This document shows, one piece after another, positions 27,211 to 40,476 of a stretch of DNA of 64,000 bases. The position numbers were made by a program, and so were the translations under genes. The DNA is from the human T2T-CHM13v2.0 reference genome, Homo sapiens, in NCBI RefSeq assembly GCF_009914755.1, contig NC_060926.1; one strand, given 5' to 3'. The notes under the pieces are model-generated. The model had not been told where the DNA came from, did no database searches, and saw nothing but the letters and a program-made list of their open reading frames with translations. Numbering within the stretch: position 1 is the stretch's first letter; each line of letters opens with the position of its first letter.

Positions 27211-29075
27211 ATCAACGACTGGTTCAGACACACTGCTCCACCCCGTGCCAAAATAATTTTTATCGTGCATTAGGTCCAAACAGGGCTGCCGGTTGGGGCA
27301 GGGAGTACTGGTGCTTATTATCGGTACCACACCAGCTGTGCCATCCAGTAGGCATAACAAATACATACCATGATATGTCTGGGAATCAGAGCCCATTAAG
27401 TACCAGGCTGTAAAATAATTCTGATAGGAACTACTGAAATAAGGAACCACTTGAATTCTGTCTACCAACACCTTCTCCAGAGTTTCGAGTCTGTGTACCA
27501 TCCCCAACAGAAAACACGGCGGCAAAGTCCTGATTCTGCTGCCCTTGGAACGGCTGAGAAAGAGCCTGACTCCAGGGGGAAACAAAATCAGCCCTTCTCA
27601 CTGCAGCAGTCGGAGCATCTGGCACCGACCATGAGAGGCGCTCGCTCGTGCGAGACTTCTCGCTTGCCTTTGTGCTGGGACTGCCTCTGGCGACCCTGTC
27701 AGTCTGGTTCCTTCCTCTTGCTCTCTGAACCCCCGCGTCCCTCGGGGGCTCCAGCGGTTCAAGCCCAGCGGTTCTGTGGGAAGCTCACAGAAACACCTCC
27801 ACGAGGCCACTCCCCGCTGGGCGCGGCTCCACCTCGGGGCCTCCCCGCCTAACAGCAAACCTGCTTGTTGGCACTTGCGCGTTCCTCCTCGCCAGTTTCA
27901 CCCGGATTTGGCTCGGTCCGCCAGCAACCCAGCTCCTTGCTAAATTCCCAGCCCTAAGCGCAGGGGCCTTTACCCAGCCTTCCCAGTGGGTCCTGCTTTT
28001 CCATAGCCGACACCCTTCTTGGAAACAAACTCGCTAGACACCGCTGGTTAGGGCGGCGGGTGCCTATGTCCCAGCCCAAGACCTCAGATGGTGCCCCCCT
28101 GCCACTCCCCGGCCTTTGACCTGGCCTAAACCCCTAACTCAGCCGGGGGGCCGGATGCCTTCCCACCGGGAGGGTACCTAGCCCTCCCTACCACCGCGCG
28201 CCAGGTAGGTGGGTGGGCGCATGGGAAAGCAATAACCCGGCCTTGAACCTCAGACCCATGAATATAACCCACCGCGGCGCCAATAATTCAAGTAGACTGG
28301 AAGGTCAAAGGCGAATAGTGTTGCCCGCGGCCTTGGAGGCAAGCCGAGTGGGGGATGCAATAGAGGTCAGGAGGGGCTGGTGTGGTGAAGGGGAAACGGA
28401 CGTGATCACTGGGATGGAGTGGGGGAAAAAGGGAAAAGCTCGGTACAGGTGGGCACCGAGGCACCGCGGGCGGCCGGCAGCGCGAAGAGGAGGTTCAGCT
28501 GCTGCCCGGCCCCTGCGCCACCAGCGCATTCCTGGGTGTAGGCGTCACGGGCGCCGCGGCTGCCTGCGCTCAGTTTCTTTCCCTCAACAGCGGCAATTGC
28601 ACGTAACCGCGTCGCCTCTGGGATTTTCTCCCGCCTCCCATCACCCCCGCGGCGCTCCCCGCCTCCCCGCCAACCAGCAGGTTAGATCTAGGAGGGGCGC
28701 CCGCCTTGAGCCGGGTGGTTCCGCCGAGGCGCACGCAGCGCCCATGCAACACCCCACAGTATCGGGCCACCTCGGCCGACCCAAGGCGACTTGACCACGA
28801 CTCCGCGGGCGGACTGCGCCTGGCCACTAGTGGCTCCAACCGCGGGGTCACCCTGCGGGCACACAGCGCTCTCCTCTCCCCACTGCTATCTCCTCGTCCA
28901 CGCTGTCGTCTGCCGCCCCCACCCAGAAGGGATACAATTTTCGCCCAACAGGGACCGTGGGAATCCCTTGGGAGGGGCGCAGACGGCTTGTAGCGCGCGG
29001 TTTCCCGAGACCCGCCGCGCATCCCCCAGCGACTGGAAACCCGCCCCAAGCGCCACGCGGTCCTCCCACTCTTAC

Positions 29076-29163
29076 CCGAAGTGTCCCACAGGCTCAACTC
29101 TATTCTTTGTGTGTCGATTTCAAAACTGGCCGTGTAATTCTCAAACACTGTAGGAACGTAATT
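29076..29163 (-). CDS. RND3: RND3 coding exon 2 (aa 51-79 plus first base of G80; switch [11 protein letters not shown]3 WDTSG)
   Basis: Acceptor TCCAG|AAT, donor TCGG|GTAAGA; 88 nt. Confidence 0.98.
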
Positions 29164-29649
29164 CTGGATAGACAAAATGGGCAAAAGAGGAAGGAAAGAG
29201 GGCAAAGAGGTTACGTTTAAACGCACGACACCCATTGAACACCCTTCCCCTCCCCGCTCCCCAGTTAAGAAAGAAAACCTTCACACATCAGACCACACAC
29301 TAAGCACATGGACCCTTTCCGAAACCCCTGTCCTACTCCCCACTCACCCCACCCGGCTCTCACAGATCTGCTGACCCGAATCTCCCAACCCCAGGTTATG
29401 CACACAGGAACGAACAAGTTTCAGGAGCTAACCAGCCCATGTGCAGGCGCGTCCCAACCCTAAAAGCTTCCAGCGCACTTTCCCTTTCCCCGCAGTCTAA
29501 TCAGGGGAAAGTAGTAAGGACCGAGAAAGACTTTTTTTTTTCTTTTTTTTTTTTTTTAAGGGAAAACGGATGAAAGCGGGGAGGCCCACCTCGGGACTGG
29601 GATCCCACTGGCCGACCCCCTCGTGGAAGCCGCGGCCGGCCACACTCAC

Positions 29650-29799
29650 CTCGGGGAAGCAGTCCTTGGCGAAGACATGGAGCAGCGCAGTTTTTCCACA
29701 CTGACTGTCTCCCACCACAACTATCTTGCATTTCACGTTCTGATTAGGATCCATGATAGATTTGCTGGATAATTTCTGGCTGGCTCTTCTCTCCTTCAT
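29650..29799 (-). CDS. RND3: RND3 coding exon 1 (aa 1-50; N-terminal extension and P-loop GDSQCGKT)
   Basis: ATG at 29799; translation [10 protein letters not shown]...AKDCFPE; donor GAG|GTGAGT. Ser32 sits at the Ras G12-equivalent position. Confidence 0.98.
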
Positions 29800-29930
29800 T
29801 GATGTTGCCTTATTTTCTCTTGGAACAGGAATTTTCTCTTAAGAAGAAAAAAAAATATATATATATATATATATATTTCTCTCTTTATAAAAAGCAGATA
29901 TAAAAATAAATCACAAGGCTGATGGGCAAC

Positions 29931-30050
29931 CTCTGAAACGCGGCGCAGACGAGGAGGAGAGCGAGAGGAGCAGGCTGGTTACTCCCCTCCAACAAGTTTT
30001 AAGCCTGACTCCTCACCGCGCCTCCCAAGTCCAATTCCGAGCCGACTGCT
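29931..30050 (-). other. RND3: Probable non-coding exon 1 of RND3, followed by a 93-nt intron (29838-29930)
   Basis: Donor GAG|GTTGCC at 29931/29930; acceptor TTTTTTTTTCTTCTTAAG|AG at 29838/29837, 38 nt before the ATG. Confidence 0.7.
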
Positions 30051-30072
30051 TTGTTTCACGCTCTCTGCGCGG

Positions 30073-30079
30073 CTTTATA
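30073..30079 (-). promoter_or_regulatory. TATA box (TATAAAG)
   Basis: CTTTATA on + in GC-rich context upstream of exon 1; CCAAT at 30091-30095. Confidence 0.75.
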
Positions 30080-30139
30080 CGCCCGGCCTTCCAATCCTCT
30101 TCTTTCTCAATGAGAGGAGGAAACTGATCTGCCTCCTCC

Positions 30140-30149
30140 CCTTTTATGG
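30140..30149. promoter_or_regulatory. CArG box (SRF site) CCTTTTATGG
   Basis: Exact CC(A/T)6GG about 60 bp upstream of the TATA box. Confidence 0.75.
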
Positions 30150-31699
30150 AGCCTGGGAGCGAGCGCTGTTGGCGTTGCATGCCGAAAATGTAAGCAGTGC
30201 GCCCTCTAGGGTGCCCATTCGGGATCTATTTTAGACCAAGGCTCTTAGACAACATGAAGATCCCAAAGATGCTTTGCTGACAAGTCCACAGGGCAAGGTG
30301 GGAAACTGGTATCTGTGCATACTGATTTGAACTACAATCCCTTTAAATATAGTTTAATAGGGGCTTATCTGTAGAAGCCTCATGAGCATTTATGAAAACA
30401 AAAACATTTCCCACCCAAGTTAAAGGACAGTGATAAAACATAGGAAGCAAATCTTGGGTGGAGAATAGTTGAGTGGTTCTATTTTTTTTTTTAATGGTTT
30501 GTATCAGGTACATAGGCCATGGACCAATAGATCAGCCTCTTTATTCCAGATGCAAGAACAGGCTTGCCTGGGTCACGGTAGTAGACTGGCTTCTGAAACC
30601 TGTCAGTTTCAGTCGTACAAGTGGAGGCAGAAAGGTTTCGAGGGGTGGGTACAGGAGGTGGGAGGGGAGAAGAAAGAGAAGTGGAAGATGCCCATGACTG
30701 AGTGACAAAGGCCATTGGAAACTCAACCCTACTGCTCTAGGGACCCAAACACTTGTCAGCTTAGTTGCACCTCCCCACATTTGCAGTGAGGGGACTGGTG
30801 GGGGGGCAGATTTTGATACTATTAATTCTTTATCTATAGCCTCCATCTTCCCGGAATCAAAGCACCCTAGACTGGACTCAGAAGGCACAAACATCTTTAG
30901 CTGAAAAATGCAGATACAACCCTCCACCCTCTCTTCTGTCCTCCTCCACATCCATCTCCCTAGCCCTCCAACTCTTCCCCGCAAGCAAAAATCTTAGAAA
31001 GGACCAGAATAGCCCGCACATTTGTTCTTTTTCTATGAGAAGTCTTTCTTTTTCTCATCTTCAGCTCCTGCACCCTAAATGCTCAGGAGGTTTCAATTGT
31101 TACAATGTAGTAGCACACTGGCCAAAACCAGCTTATATGGTCCCCTGTGGAGACTCCTAGGCTTGTAAATGAGAAGATAAGGTGAAAACAAACAAATCAG
31201 AAAGTTTAACATGGGAAGTGAAAAGGCACAATGAAGAGTTGTCAAAAGCACTGATGTAAGTAGTGGACTGGTAGGGCCCCTGAAGCCTAGGGGATCCAGG
31301 AATGATGTCCTATTTGGGGCTGAGAAAATTGGAGCCCCCTCAAAGATCATTGACTCAGACTCCATCGGTGGGTCTGTGTTTACACAAGGGGAGGGTTGAC
31401 CCACAGACAAGCGGGTTGCTGGCCCTGCTAGGGTTCCTAGAGCAGCCTTTGCCAATGTTTGTTCTTCTGAGCTTTAGTTCCCTCCTGACACAAAGGGTGC
31501 CATGGCCCAATTAGTGAGGGCGACACTGTACCCACATCACTCACTGAAGATTCGCCAAGCACACTAATGTTACAAACATTTAAAAATCCCAGAGAAAAGC
31601 AGACTATTTAACATAGTTTAACCTAGCATTTCCCAAAACTACTTAACACAGGAAACATTAATCAAATTATTCACGTTTGTTTACTTGTTTAAAGAGCAA

Positions 31700-31900
31700 T
31701 GGGCATAGTAGTTGGGGCAGGAGATCACAAAGAGGTGTATTTGGGTCCCCAACTTCACATTTTCTGTATGACTTTGGATGGATTATTTAGCCTCTCTGAG
31801 CCTCAATTTCATCATCTGTAAAATAGGAGTCATAATGGTAATTATGAGGAAATGCAAGTGACGTTTGCAGAATGGTTTCTGGCACAATAAAGAGTCCTTG
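31700..31900 (+). mobile_element. MIR
   Basis: CTCTCTGAGCCTCAATTTCATCATCTGTAAAATAGG core. Confidence 0.75.
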
Positions 31901-32163
31901 ACCTGTGTTATAGTTTGCATGTAAAATCTTATTTGCACTTTTCAGAACTGTTGAATGTGTCTTGAGAAATTCTGGCTTCATTGGTGGACTCACTAATTGG
32001 AGCTGTGTCCATCCTATCTTTTGTCTTATTTTTAACTTAATGAAATTACCCCTTTCCAGAGATATGATTTGACCTCCCATATTTCAGAATTGATGTAGTT
32101 TATATGGTTAAATCACTTTAACAGAAATAATTAAGAATGTTTATGAATTGGCTGATCAATGAA

Positions 32164-32292
32164 TAGGGTAACCACATAATTTATCATCTAAGCTGGGATT
32201 TGAGAGCAAAAGGGGCACTACCAATGATTGTGGCTGGACAACAGAGGTAAACAGGGTCTATCCCAGGCAAAACAAGATGCATAATCACTTCA
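32164..32292 (+). mobile_element. MER94-like hAT-Blackjack MITE
   Basis: TAGGGTAACCACATAATTTATCATC start, ~130 bp, matches recalled consensus. Confidence 0.6.
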
Positions 32293-32524
32293 CCATAGAA
32301 TCATCTGGAATCATAGTGGATGACTATTTTTGGAAATCAGGTGACCTGAATTTCCAGGAATCTGCCAGTTGCTGAGCAAAATTTAATGGATGTATAACAG
32401 AGTAGAAAAACCAACTGCCTGAAGTCACCAGGATTTGAATCCCTCTAGGGTAAACATTCTTCCTTTTCCTTTTTAAAATCTCTAGTGTTCAGTGTGAAGT
32501 GGATACTTAATATATTTTAAAATT

Positions 32525-33000
32525 CATCTAACATTTAGTTTAACAATTACTTACTCAGCATCTGCTGTAAACCAGGCACTGTTCTAGGAACTGCAGATAG
32601 AGCAGTAAACAAGACAGATCTGTTTGCTACTCTCAAAAAGCATACATTCCAGGCAGGAGATAGACAGTAAATAAAGAAGTAAGATCACCCCATGTTTTTC
32701 TTCATAGAAAACATGGCACGGCATTATTAAAGCATAGTAAGGTAGGGATCAGACCCATGGTCCAGCAGAAGGATGCTCACAGACAGTGGAAAGGTTACAG
32801 GCTGGAGGGAAAGGGCTTGGTAGGTTTGAGGAATAGAAGAAAGGCCAGAATGACTAGGGCCTGCTGAAGGAGGGAGAGTGTAGGTCGGGGAGCAAAAGGA
32901 AGCAGGCAGGGGCTGAATAATTGGCTGTAGAATTTGGATTTCATTCTCAGGGTAATGTGAAGTCAGTCATGGCAGGACTTGGAACAGGGTAGCAGCATGA
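32525..33000 (-). mobile_element. L2 fragment, followed by (TGAA)n at 33006-33040
   Basis: TTACTCAGCATCTGCTGTAAACCAGGCACTGTTCTAGG, typical antisense L2 3' end. Confidence 0.7.
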
Positions 33001-35718
33001 TTACATGAATGAATGAATGAATGAATGAATGAATGAATGACTCCAGTTCTTCGTCTGCACTGTCACTCACTAGCTGTGAAACCTTGATGAAACTGCTCAT
33101 CTTCAATGAGAATATGGGATCCAAGTATACCTAAATTCCTGGAAAAGACTAAAATTTTAGACTGCAATAAAAGGTTTTCCCCTAAGAAACACGTTCATTT
33201 AGAAAATGTGACGCCTTACCTGGGAGGATCGTATATTACCTAGCGTGCTTCCTTTTGTGATTCTTGCTTGTCTTCCTATTACTCTCTCCTTTTTCTCATT
33301 TATCCTTAAGACCAAGAGAACAGAAAACCAATAGTAAATATTTCTCTATGATTTAGTTAATAGAACACATTCAGGTGCCCTAAAAGGTTTGAGTTCAAAA
33401 ATTATTTTCTTTGTGGCTAACCCTTTACTTACCAGAGGAAATCTCCCCTCCCATAGAAACTACATACCCTTTGACACAAAAAGGGCTGATTCCAGGCCTG
33501 GAGAGAGAACCAATTGAGAAAGAGTACCCATCTACTTCCCATCTAGGGATAGCACAAGACTGATAAACAATTGTTTCTGAGATTTGAGTGACTACAAGTC
33601 AGGGACTTGGGTTTTAGTCCAGGCTAAACCAATGAACTATCTGTCCTTGGGCGAACACTGACTAAATTCTTTTCCGCAGTTTCATCCTTATGTGAGGATG
33701 ATAACATCTGCCTCCTTTAAGCTGCACAATAGCACTGCTTAAAAAATCACGTGCCCTGCACTTTCCAAAATTATTCTTTAGAAACACACTAAAGGCACCC
33801 CCCTTTTCATGTTCAGTGTATTTATGGAGATCTTGGCCCACAGTGGAATATTGTAAGGCATAATCCCAATAGTTTATTCACAGTCACCTGCCTCTCTTCA
33901 GACTCCAGCAGAAGTGTTTGAAGGAGCAAGTGCATAATAAGGAGGAAGCACAGGTTTCTTATAGGCATCATCAATGGAGCAGAGAGATGGCTGACATCAA
34001 AGCAAGAAAACGTGCAGGATGCCTTCATAGATGTTATGTCACAAAATATGGATATGAGTCATGGGCATTCTCTTTGAGAATTTAATAAGATGACAGATAT
34101 TAAATAGTTTCAAATATAGGCATTTCAATACAAAATTAAAGACAAGCGTGTAAACTTGTAAACTGCTCTGTACTGAAAGGTGGCAATTTCACAATTGTCT
34201 CTTTTTGGGGTGGTCAGAAGAGGGTGATCACTCAGTCTTATAAAACATCAACAAAATAGAAGGCATTTTTTTTTGAAGTGAGGAATTGAGGAAAGAACAT
34301 TCATACAATTTAATGGATTGAACTGGTTATTTAGGAAGAATCTGTTTTCTTGGAAGAGAATCTTTTCCTTTATTTTCTCTTAAAATTATGCCTATTTGCC
34401 CTCTCAAGGACACTGCACTAAGTTGTCTAGGCTGTGTGGTAAGAGCACTCCAGTCTGGGTTGAAACATTCAGCCTTGTTTTTTCTCATGAATGCTAACTG
34501 CGAATATGATTTAACTGCTGCTGTATTGACTTAGTCCTCACTCTTTAGCCAAGAGGAAATGACACAACTTTGTGAGTACTGAATAATAAGTCATTTTGAA
34601 ATTGATCATCCCTTTCTCTGTTTATAGTTAATTTAACAAATAGTCCGTTGCATTCTTTAGAAACCCAGACCACATGATTTTGGTTCTGTGTATTATAGGG
34701 CACAAATAACCCTTTCCACCTGCCTCTTCAAATTTCAGATCTTTGATGCCTGATGCCATTTGTTTATACTTCAGTATTTCCTAAGTAAAGAAAACAAACA
34801 AAAATATAAAACTATCAGACCCATTGATTACTTTATCTACTAAACACCCAATTATACTTTATGTCAATTTGTCAGTGAGATATGAAAAATATTTAAGGAA
34901 TTGCCCTAAGAAAACATTTTTAAGGATGAGTTCTTTATACATTATTCTCTTGAAGCATGTAGTATGTTCCAAAGATACACCTTTTCCAGTATTTTAGGAG
35001 TAGTCAAAGGAAAACAGAGATTATTACTGAGCACCATTTAGAACTTCTTTTGGAGACTGCCAGAGCTTCACTGCCAAGCTGATGAGATGCACTGAGGGGA
35101 GTTATTTATGGCTATGTGCACAGTCAAGTGGCATTTAATATTTTAATCTAAGGCTTAAAAGAAAGATTTAAAGATGTCCTATCAAGTTTCTAGAAAGATC
35201 TTATGTGGAAATTTTTGCCCCTTCTGTTGAAATAACAACAACAAAAAATGTGAAAACTTGGTTGAGGTCAGTGTTACTTTAATTAAAAAAAGCAGTAATT
35301 GTTAGATCAAGCTTACTTAAAAAAAAACTTAGTAGCCACTACTTTAATATTATTGAACTCAAAGTGAGGAAACAGAAAACAATGGCTAGGATACCTTGAA
35401 GAGAGTCATTAGCTTGGGCAAAGGCAGAGAGTAGATTTTAAAGCATTTAACTCAACATGTTCTGTAGAAGAGTAGTTGTCAAATACGTTTGGGCCATGGG
35501 CTACTACTTTGACTGGCAAAACTAACCAACCAACAAAGAAAAAATACAGATGATCTCTAGGACACCATACCCAGGATGAGAGGGGAGACTGCAAAAATTT
35601 TGATGGCAAACCTATAAAGAGATGTCTAAACCTTGTACTCTGTCATATTTATTTAAAAGTCAGTATTATAACTTAAATCCTGAGTAACCTGTGAACAAAG
35701 GTTATAATGGCTCACTAG

Positions 35719-36089
<371 letters not shown>

Positions 36090-38839
36090 AGTTTATTATT
36101 CTTTTGGTGGGCGGAGGGTAATGTTTCCTTTTGACACAACTGATTTGACTTCAGCAGAGCTGATTCAGTAATTCAGATCATAGTTTCAACTAAATTGGTA
36201 GCAGCCAGCTACACTTACCAATCAGTTTATGACTTACCTGATAAAGACAGTAGAAATATGACAGTATTGATTCGTTCTTTTTGTCACAGAAATGGGAACA
36301 AAATTATTTTATTTTCTTTTAATTATTAAAATACTTTGTTTTTATTTTAAATTATCTGGTTAAATTTTCTTTATATCCAGGCTATATAATAAAACCCCAA
36401 ATCTTATTCTTTCCTTTGAAGGACACCAGTTTGGGGGAAGAGGGCATCATGGAAAATATACCCAAATGCTCAAAATAGCACTCAAGAATATCTAAGGTAA
36501 TGTAGATCTAGATAAGGCTTGCAACCACTTATTTTTGAAAAAGTATGTCAGGGAGAAGAAAAGTATTCTTTCATCAGTGGCCGACAATAATCTTGCATTC
36601 TATAAACATCTTCTAGTCTTGGGGGTCTGCTGTGCCCTTTTCCATCACAAGCTCCTAGTAATGCTCTCTGAAAAGCTGTGTAGACTTAGTCCTCACTGAT
36701 TTTTACAGTGCTAGCTGAGGTATTACTTATTGATAACTGTTGGATATGATTATGAACTGACTGTTAACACCTTAACACTGGCCACATAAGCAGAGGTCAA
36801 ATGATTCATCACAATCTGATTCTGGCTCTTATGTAAGACATTTCTGTAGGTCACGTCGTTGTTACCAACCCATGGCAGACTGGCCATAGATTAAAGGAAT
36901 ATGAAAGCATTTTGATGCCATTTCTGGTGACTAGGAAGGTATATAAGTTATATGAGAAAAAAAACTACTGTCCTGTGCTTTAAAAGCAAAGAGGAGGTCC
37001 TAATACATCAATAATACAATTTATCTTAATTCTAACAGAGCAAAAAGCTATCGTGAGGACATTGTATGAAGCCATTGATCTTAATAAATATTTACTGAGG
37101 ATTTATGCCAGTACATTTTGTTCAGGCTTATACAGCCTTCATGCTGCCTCTAAACGCCCCATAGTGCTTCCACACTGTCACAGCTACACTATGGAATCAA
37201 TCAAATGACTGCTTTCCTGAGTACCACATGTCATCAAGTCCCACATATAGAAGTCTAAGTTAGTAATAGATGAAGTCACTCATGGCTCTTAACACATTGG
37301 CACCAGGGCACATAAGGTGGTTCATGTAGAATTAAGACAGACATATGAAACTGGATTTTGTGGTACATCAGAAATCTTGGCATGGTGAGGAAAGGAAAAA
37401 ACCAAGAAATGTGAACGCATTTTTTTTATTAAAAAACAAGAATCAAGCATCTTGTTTTTACTAAAAAACAAGAAAGGCAAATATTAGCATTCCAAAAGAG
37501 AAGTTCATTTATTATAAACTACAATGGAAGTCGTTCAACTTTGATGCATTTTCCAAAAAAGCTAACTAGCTGTTGCTCAATTAATATATCTTGGGAACTT
37601 TCCAAGAATGGTGCTTCCCAGAAAAGTCTGAAATACATGAATTCATATTTTAATTTTCCCCCCAGACTTTTCAGTTTGCATTTTCAACAGTCTTGTTGAA
37701 TGCTTCCCAGCCTATGTTTCTTGGTCCTCCTTCTTCTCCCCTGCTATTCCCTGCTAAGCCTCTCTCTGTTTATGTGCCTTCTTCACAACACCTGCTTATA
37801 GAAAATTAACATGGAAGTCCTGGAAAACCCTTCCATTTTAATTAACATGGAAGGTGAGGTCAAAAAGCATTGGAAAAAAGAGAATCAGAAGACTTTGCAG
37901 TTTTCTGGAGCTCACCTACCTGAGATTGCCTATGGACTATAAGACACCTTGAGTCCTCCAAAACTGGCTGATGTGGATATAATTTTTCACAGGGCTCTCA
38001 AACATTCCCCGGTGAATAAATAAACTCTGGAAACTGCAATTCTAATCATAAAAGTCTCTTTCTGTAACAGTCCAGAATGGCTGGGGCATAGGCTAGGGCA
38101 TGGGTGCAAGAATAACAGAAATCCTCTGGAGAGCAAATTATTTGGGTAATTCCAGGTCCCCGATGTTCACTGTTCCCATATACACAACAGCCCTGGAGTC
38201 CTTCACTACTGTGGAAAAAAAATTAGTTTGCATTAAAATATAAGCAAAGTATTAGACTGCAAATTCAGTCTTCCAAAGGAAATTTGGGATGTAAGCAAGA
38301 TCTCTACGTTTTCTAAAATTACACAATGACTGCAAAAAATGAGGTTATAATTTGGAGAGTAAAATTTTGCTTGTATCTTGAAAATGTAAATGATCCTTAA
38401 ATTCCTTCCAGAAAAAGAAAAAGTCAACCTTATTACAATGAGTACAGTAATCGCAAATGAATTTTTGTGCTCACGTCATGGAATAGATGCATGCCAGTTG
38501 CATTCAGTGATGCACTGCATTCCACTGTCTGATTTTAAAACCTCTGTAGGGAAGTTGCTGTAAGAAACTGAAATGCAATTTCCTTGCAATAAAATTCTTT
38601 CTTAGTCATGACCCAGCCCTAAAGGGTTATGGGCTCCGGCAAGCAGTTAGTTACTCACTCTCTCCTTTCTGGTCTAAATTGGGTTGGAATATATATCAAA
38701 GGAAGCCAGAAAGTGGTTGGGGAGATTAAAAAAAACAACAACAACAACGTTTAGACTGAATGTCTTGACGGTCCATCCATTCACTTCTGCTTTGAAAATG
38801 GTGAGTAATTACAGCTGTAAGACTCATACAGATACAGTG

Positions 38840-38990
38840 ACTTCACGTGGTGTTAGGAGTAAGGATATTTGGATTTTAGCCTGAGCTTTCCACTAACAAG
38901 CTGTGTGTTCCTGGGCAAATATTTAACCTCTCTGGGTGTCAAGTTCTCCACCTGTACAGTTAGTGGGCTGACCTGGAAGACCTCTGAGAT
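38840..38990 (+). mobile_element. MIR
   Basis: CTGGGCAAAT.TTTAACCTCTCTGGG..TCAAGTTCTCCACCTGTA core. Confidence 0.65.
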
Positions 38991-39600
38991 CTTATATGGC
39001 TCTCATATGCCGTGGGCTATTACTTAGATTGTTTTTTAGCTCAATTGAAATAATTGTATCCTCTATTGCCTGCCTCCCCAAAGCTCACAGCATGCAGGCT
39101 CCCAAATGCAAGATTTGGGGCACCTGCTTCATTTTCCTAGGCCCCAGATTTTCTGCAAGCAGTTCTACATTTGGGCTTACGAATTCAACTATATGACATG
39201 TTGAGATCATTGGTCAAAAGGCATTGGATTTCTGTCTTATCTAGATATTTATAAGGCATTGAAAAAATTCATTCAAATCCAATTCAAAAGAGTAGATTCT
39301 AACGTGGGCAAGCAAACTGGTTTCTTCATATGCGCACACACAAATACAACTGCATAAATATGACATACCATACATGCTAGATTTGGGGGTTTGAAGAGCT
39401 TCTTTTTATACTTTATGTCATTGAGGTACAGATCTTGAGTGTACCAACAAATGAATTTTGACAAATGTGTATGATCCTGTTATCAATATCCCAAGCAAGA
39501 CACAAACCACTGCCCAGAAAGTTTTCTCATGCCCCTTCCTAGTCAAACTGTCTTCTTCCAGGAACAACAATTATTATCCCCACAAATTAGTTTTGCCTAT

Positions 39601-39914
39601 TTTCTTTTTTTTTTTTTTTTTTTTTTTTGAGATGGAGTCTTGCTCTGTCTCCCAGGCTGGAGTGCAGTGGTGCGATCTTGGCTCACCACAAGCTCCGCCT
39701 CCTGGGTTCACGCCATTCTCCTGCTTCAGCGTTCCCAGTAGCCGGGACTACAGGCGCTCGCCACCACACCTGACTAATTTTTTTGTGTGTTTTTTAGTAG
39801 AGACGGGGTTTCACCGTGTTAGCCAGGATGGTCTCGATCTCCTGACATCGTGATCCGCCCGCCTCGGCCTCCCAAAGTCCTGAGATTACAGGCGTGAGCC
39901 ACTGCGCCTGGCCC
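39601..39914 (-). mobile_element. AluY-like
   Basis: CpG-rich dimer, long polyT, TSD GTTTTGCCTATT. Confidence 0.95.
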
Positions 39915-40476
39915 GGTTTTGCCTATTCTTGAACTGGATGTATTGCATAATATAAATATCTTGGGTAGATGCATTCATGTGATTGCATGTATTTTTAGTT
40001 TGTTCCTTTTTTGCTGAGTAGTATTTCATTGTGTGAACATACCACAATTTGCTTATCTATGCTTCTGTTGAAAGACATTCGGATTAATTCCAAGTTTTTA
40101 TGATTATAAATTAAGTGGAGTAACAATTTCTTTACACAACTTTTTGGACATCTTTTTACTTTTGTGTGTAAATACCTACAATTAGAATTGCTAGGTCAAA
40201 GATTATGTGTATGTTTAACTTTAAGAGAAATTGCCAGTTTTCCAAAGTGGTTGTACTATTTTACTTTCCACCAGCAATATGTGAGTAATCCATAGCTCTA
40301 CCTTCTCTCTGACACTGAGTAGTTTTAATCTTAGGAATTCTAATGGATATATGATTTTTTTTGTAGTTTTAATTTGCATTTCCCTAATGTATTTCATATA
40401 TTTTCATGTGTTTATTGGCTATCATGAATATTTTATCCTGGTATGTGGCTATACTTTTTTTTTTTAATGTCTTGAA

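Larger units (their letters stand above)
10575..30050 (-). other. RND3: RND3 (RhoE) transcription unit; ends approximate
   Basis: Five exons splice in frame (150+88+110+135+252 nt = 245 codons including stop) to the recognisable RND3 sequence MKERRASQK...KAKSCTVM. 5' end inferred from the TATA box, 3' end from AATAAA. Confidence 0.95.
27600..30220. promoter_or_regulatory. CpG island over the RND3 promoter, first exons and proximal intron
   Basis: Sharp rise in GC content and CpG density relative to AT-rich, CpG-depleted flanks (judged by eye). Confidence 0.9.

Noticed and set aside
28570-29235. 221-aa ORF as a standalone protein
   Set aside because: Only the 88-nt exon is RND3 coding; the rest is intron read-through beyond clear splice sites.
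27100-29374. Many long overlapping ORFs (e.g. 28213-28794 +, 27100-27585 -, 27451-27852 +)
   Set aside because: Mostly stop-poor GC-rich shadow ORFs of the CpG island, often without an ATG start and with no recognisable domain.
30170-30190. Possible p53 element (TTGCATGCCG) in the promoter
   Set aside because: Only an imperfect single half-site with no adjacent second decamer.
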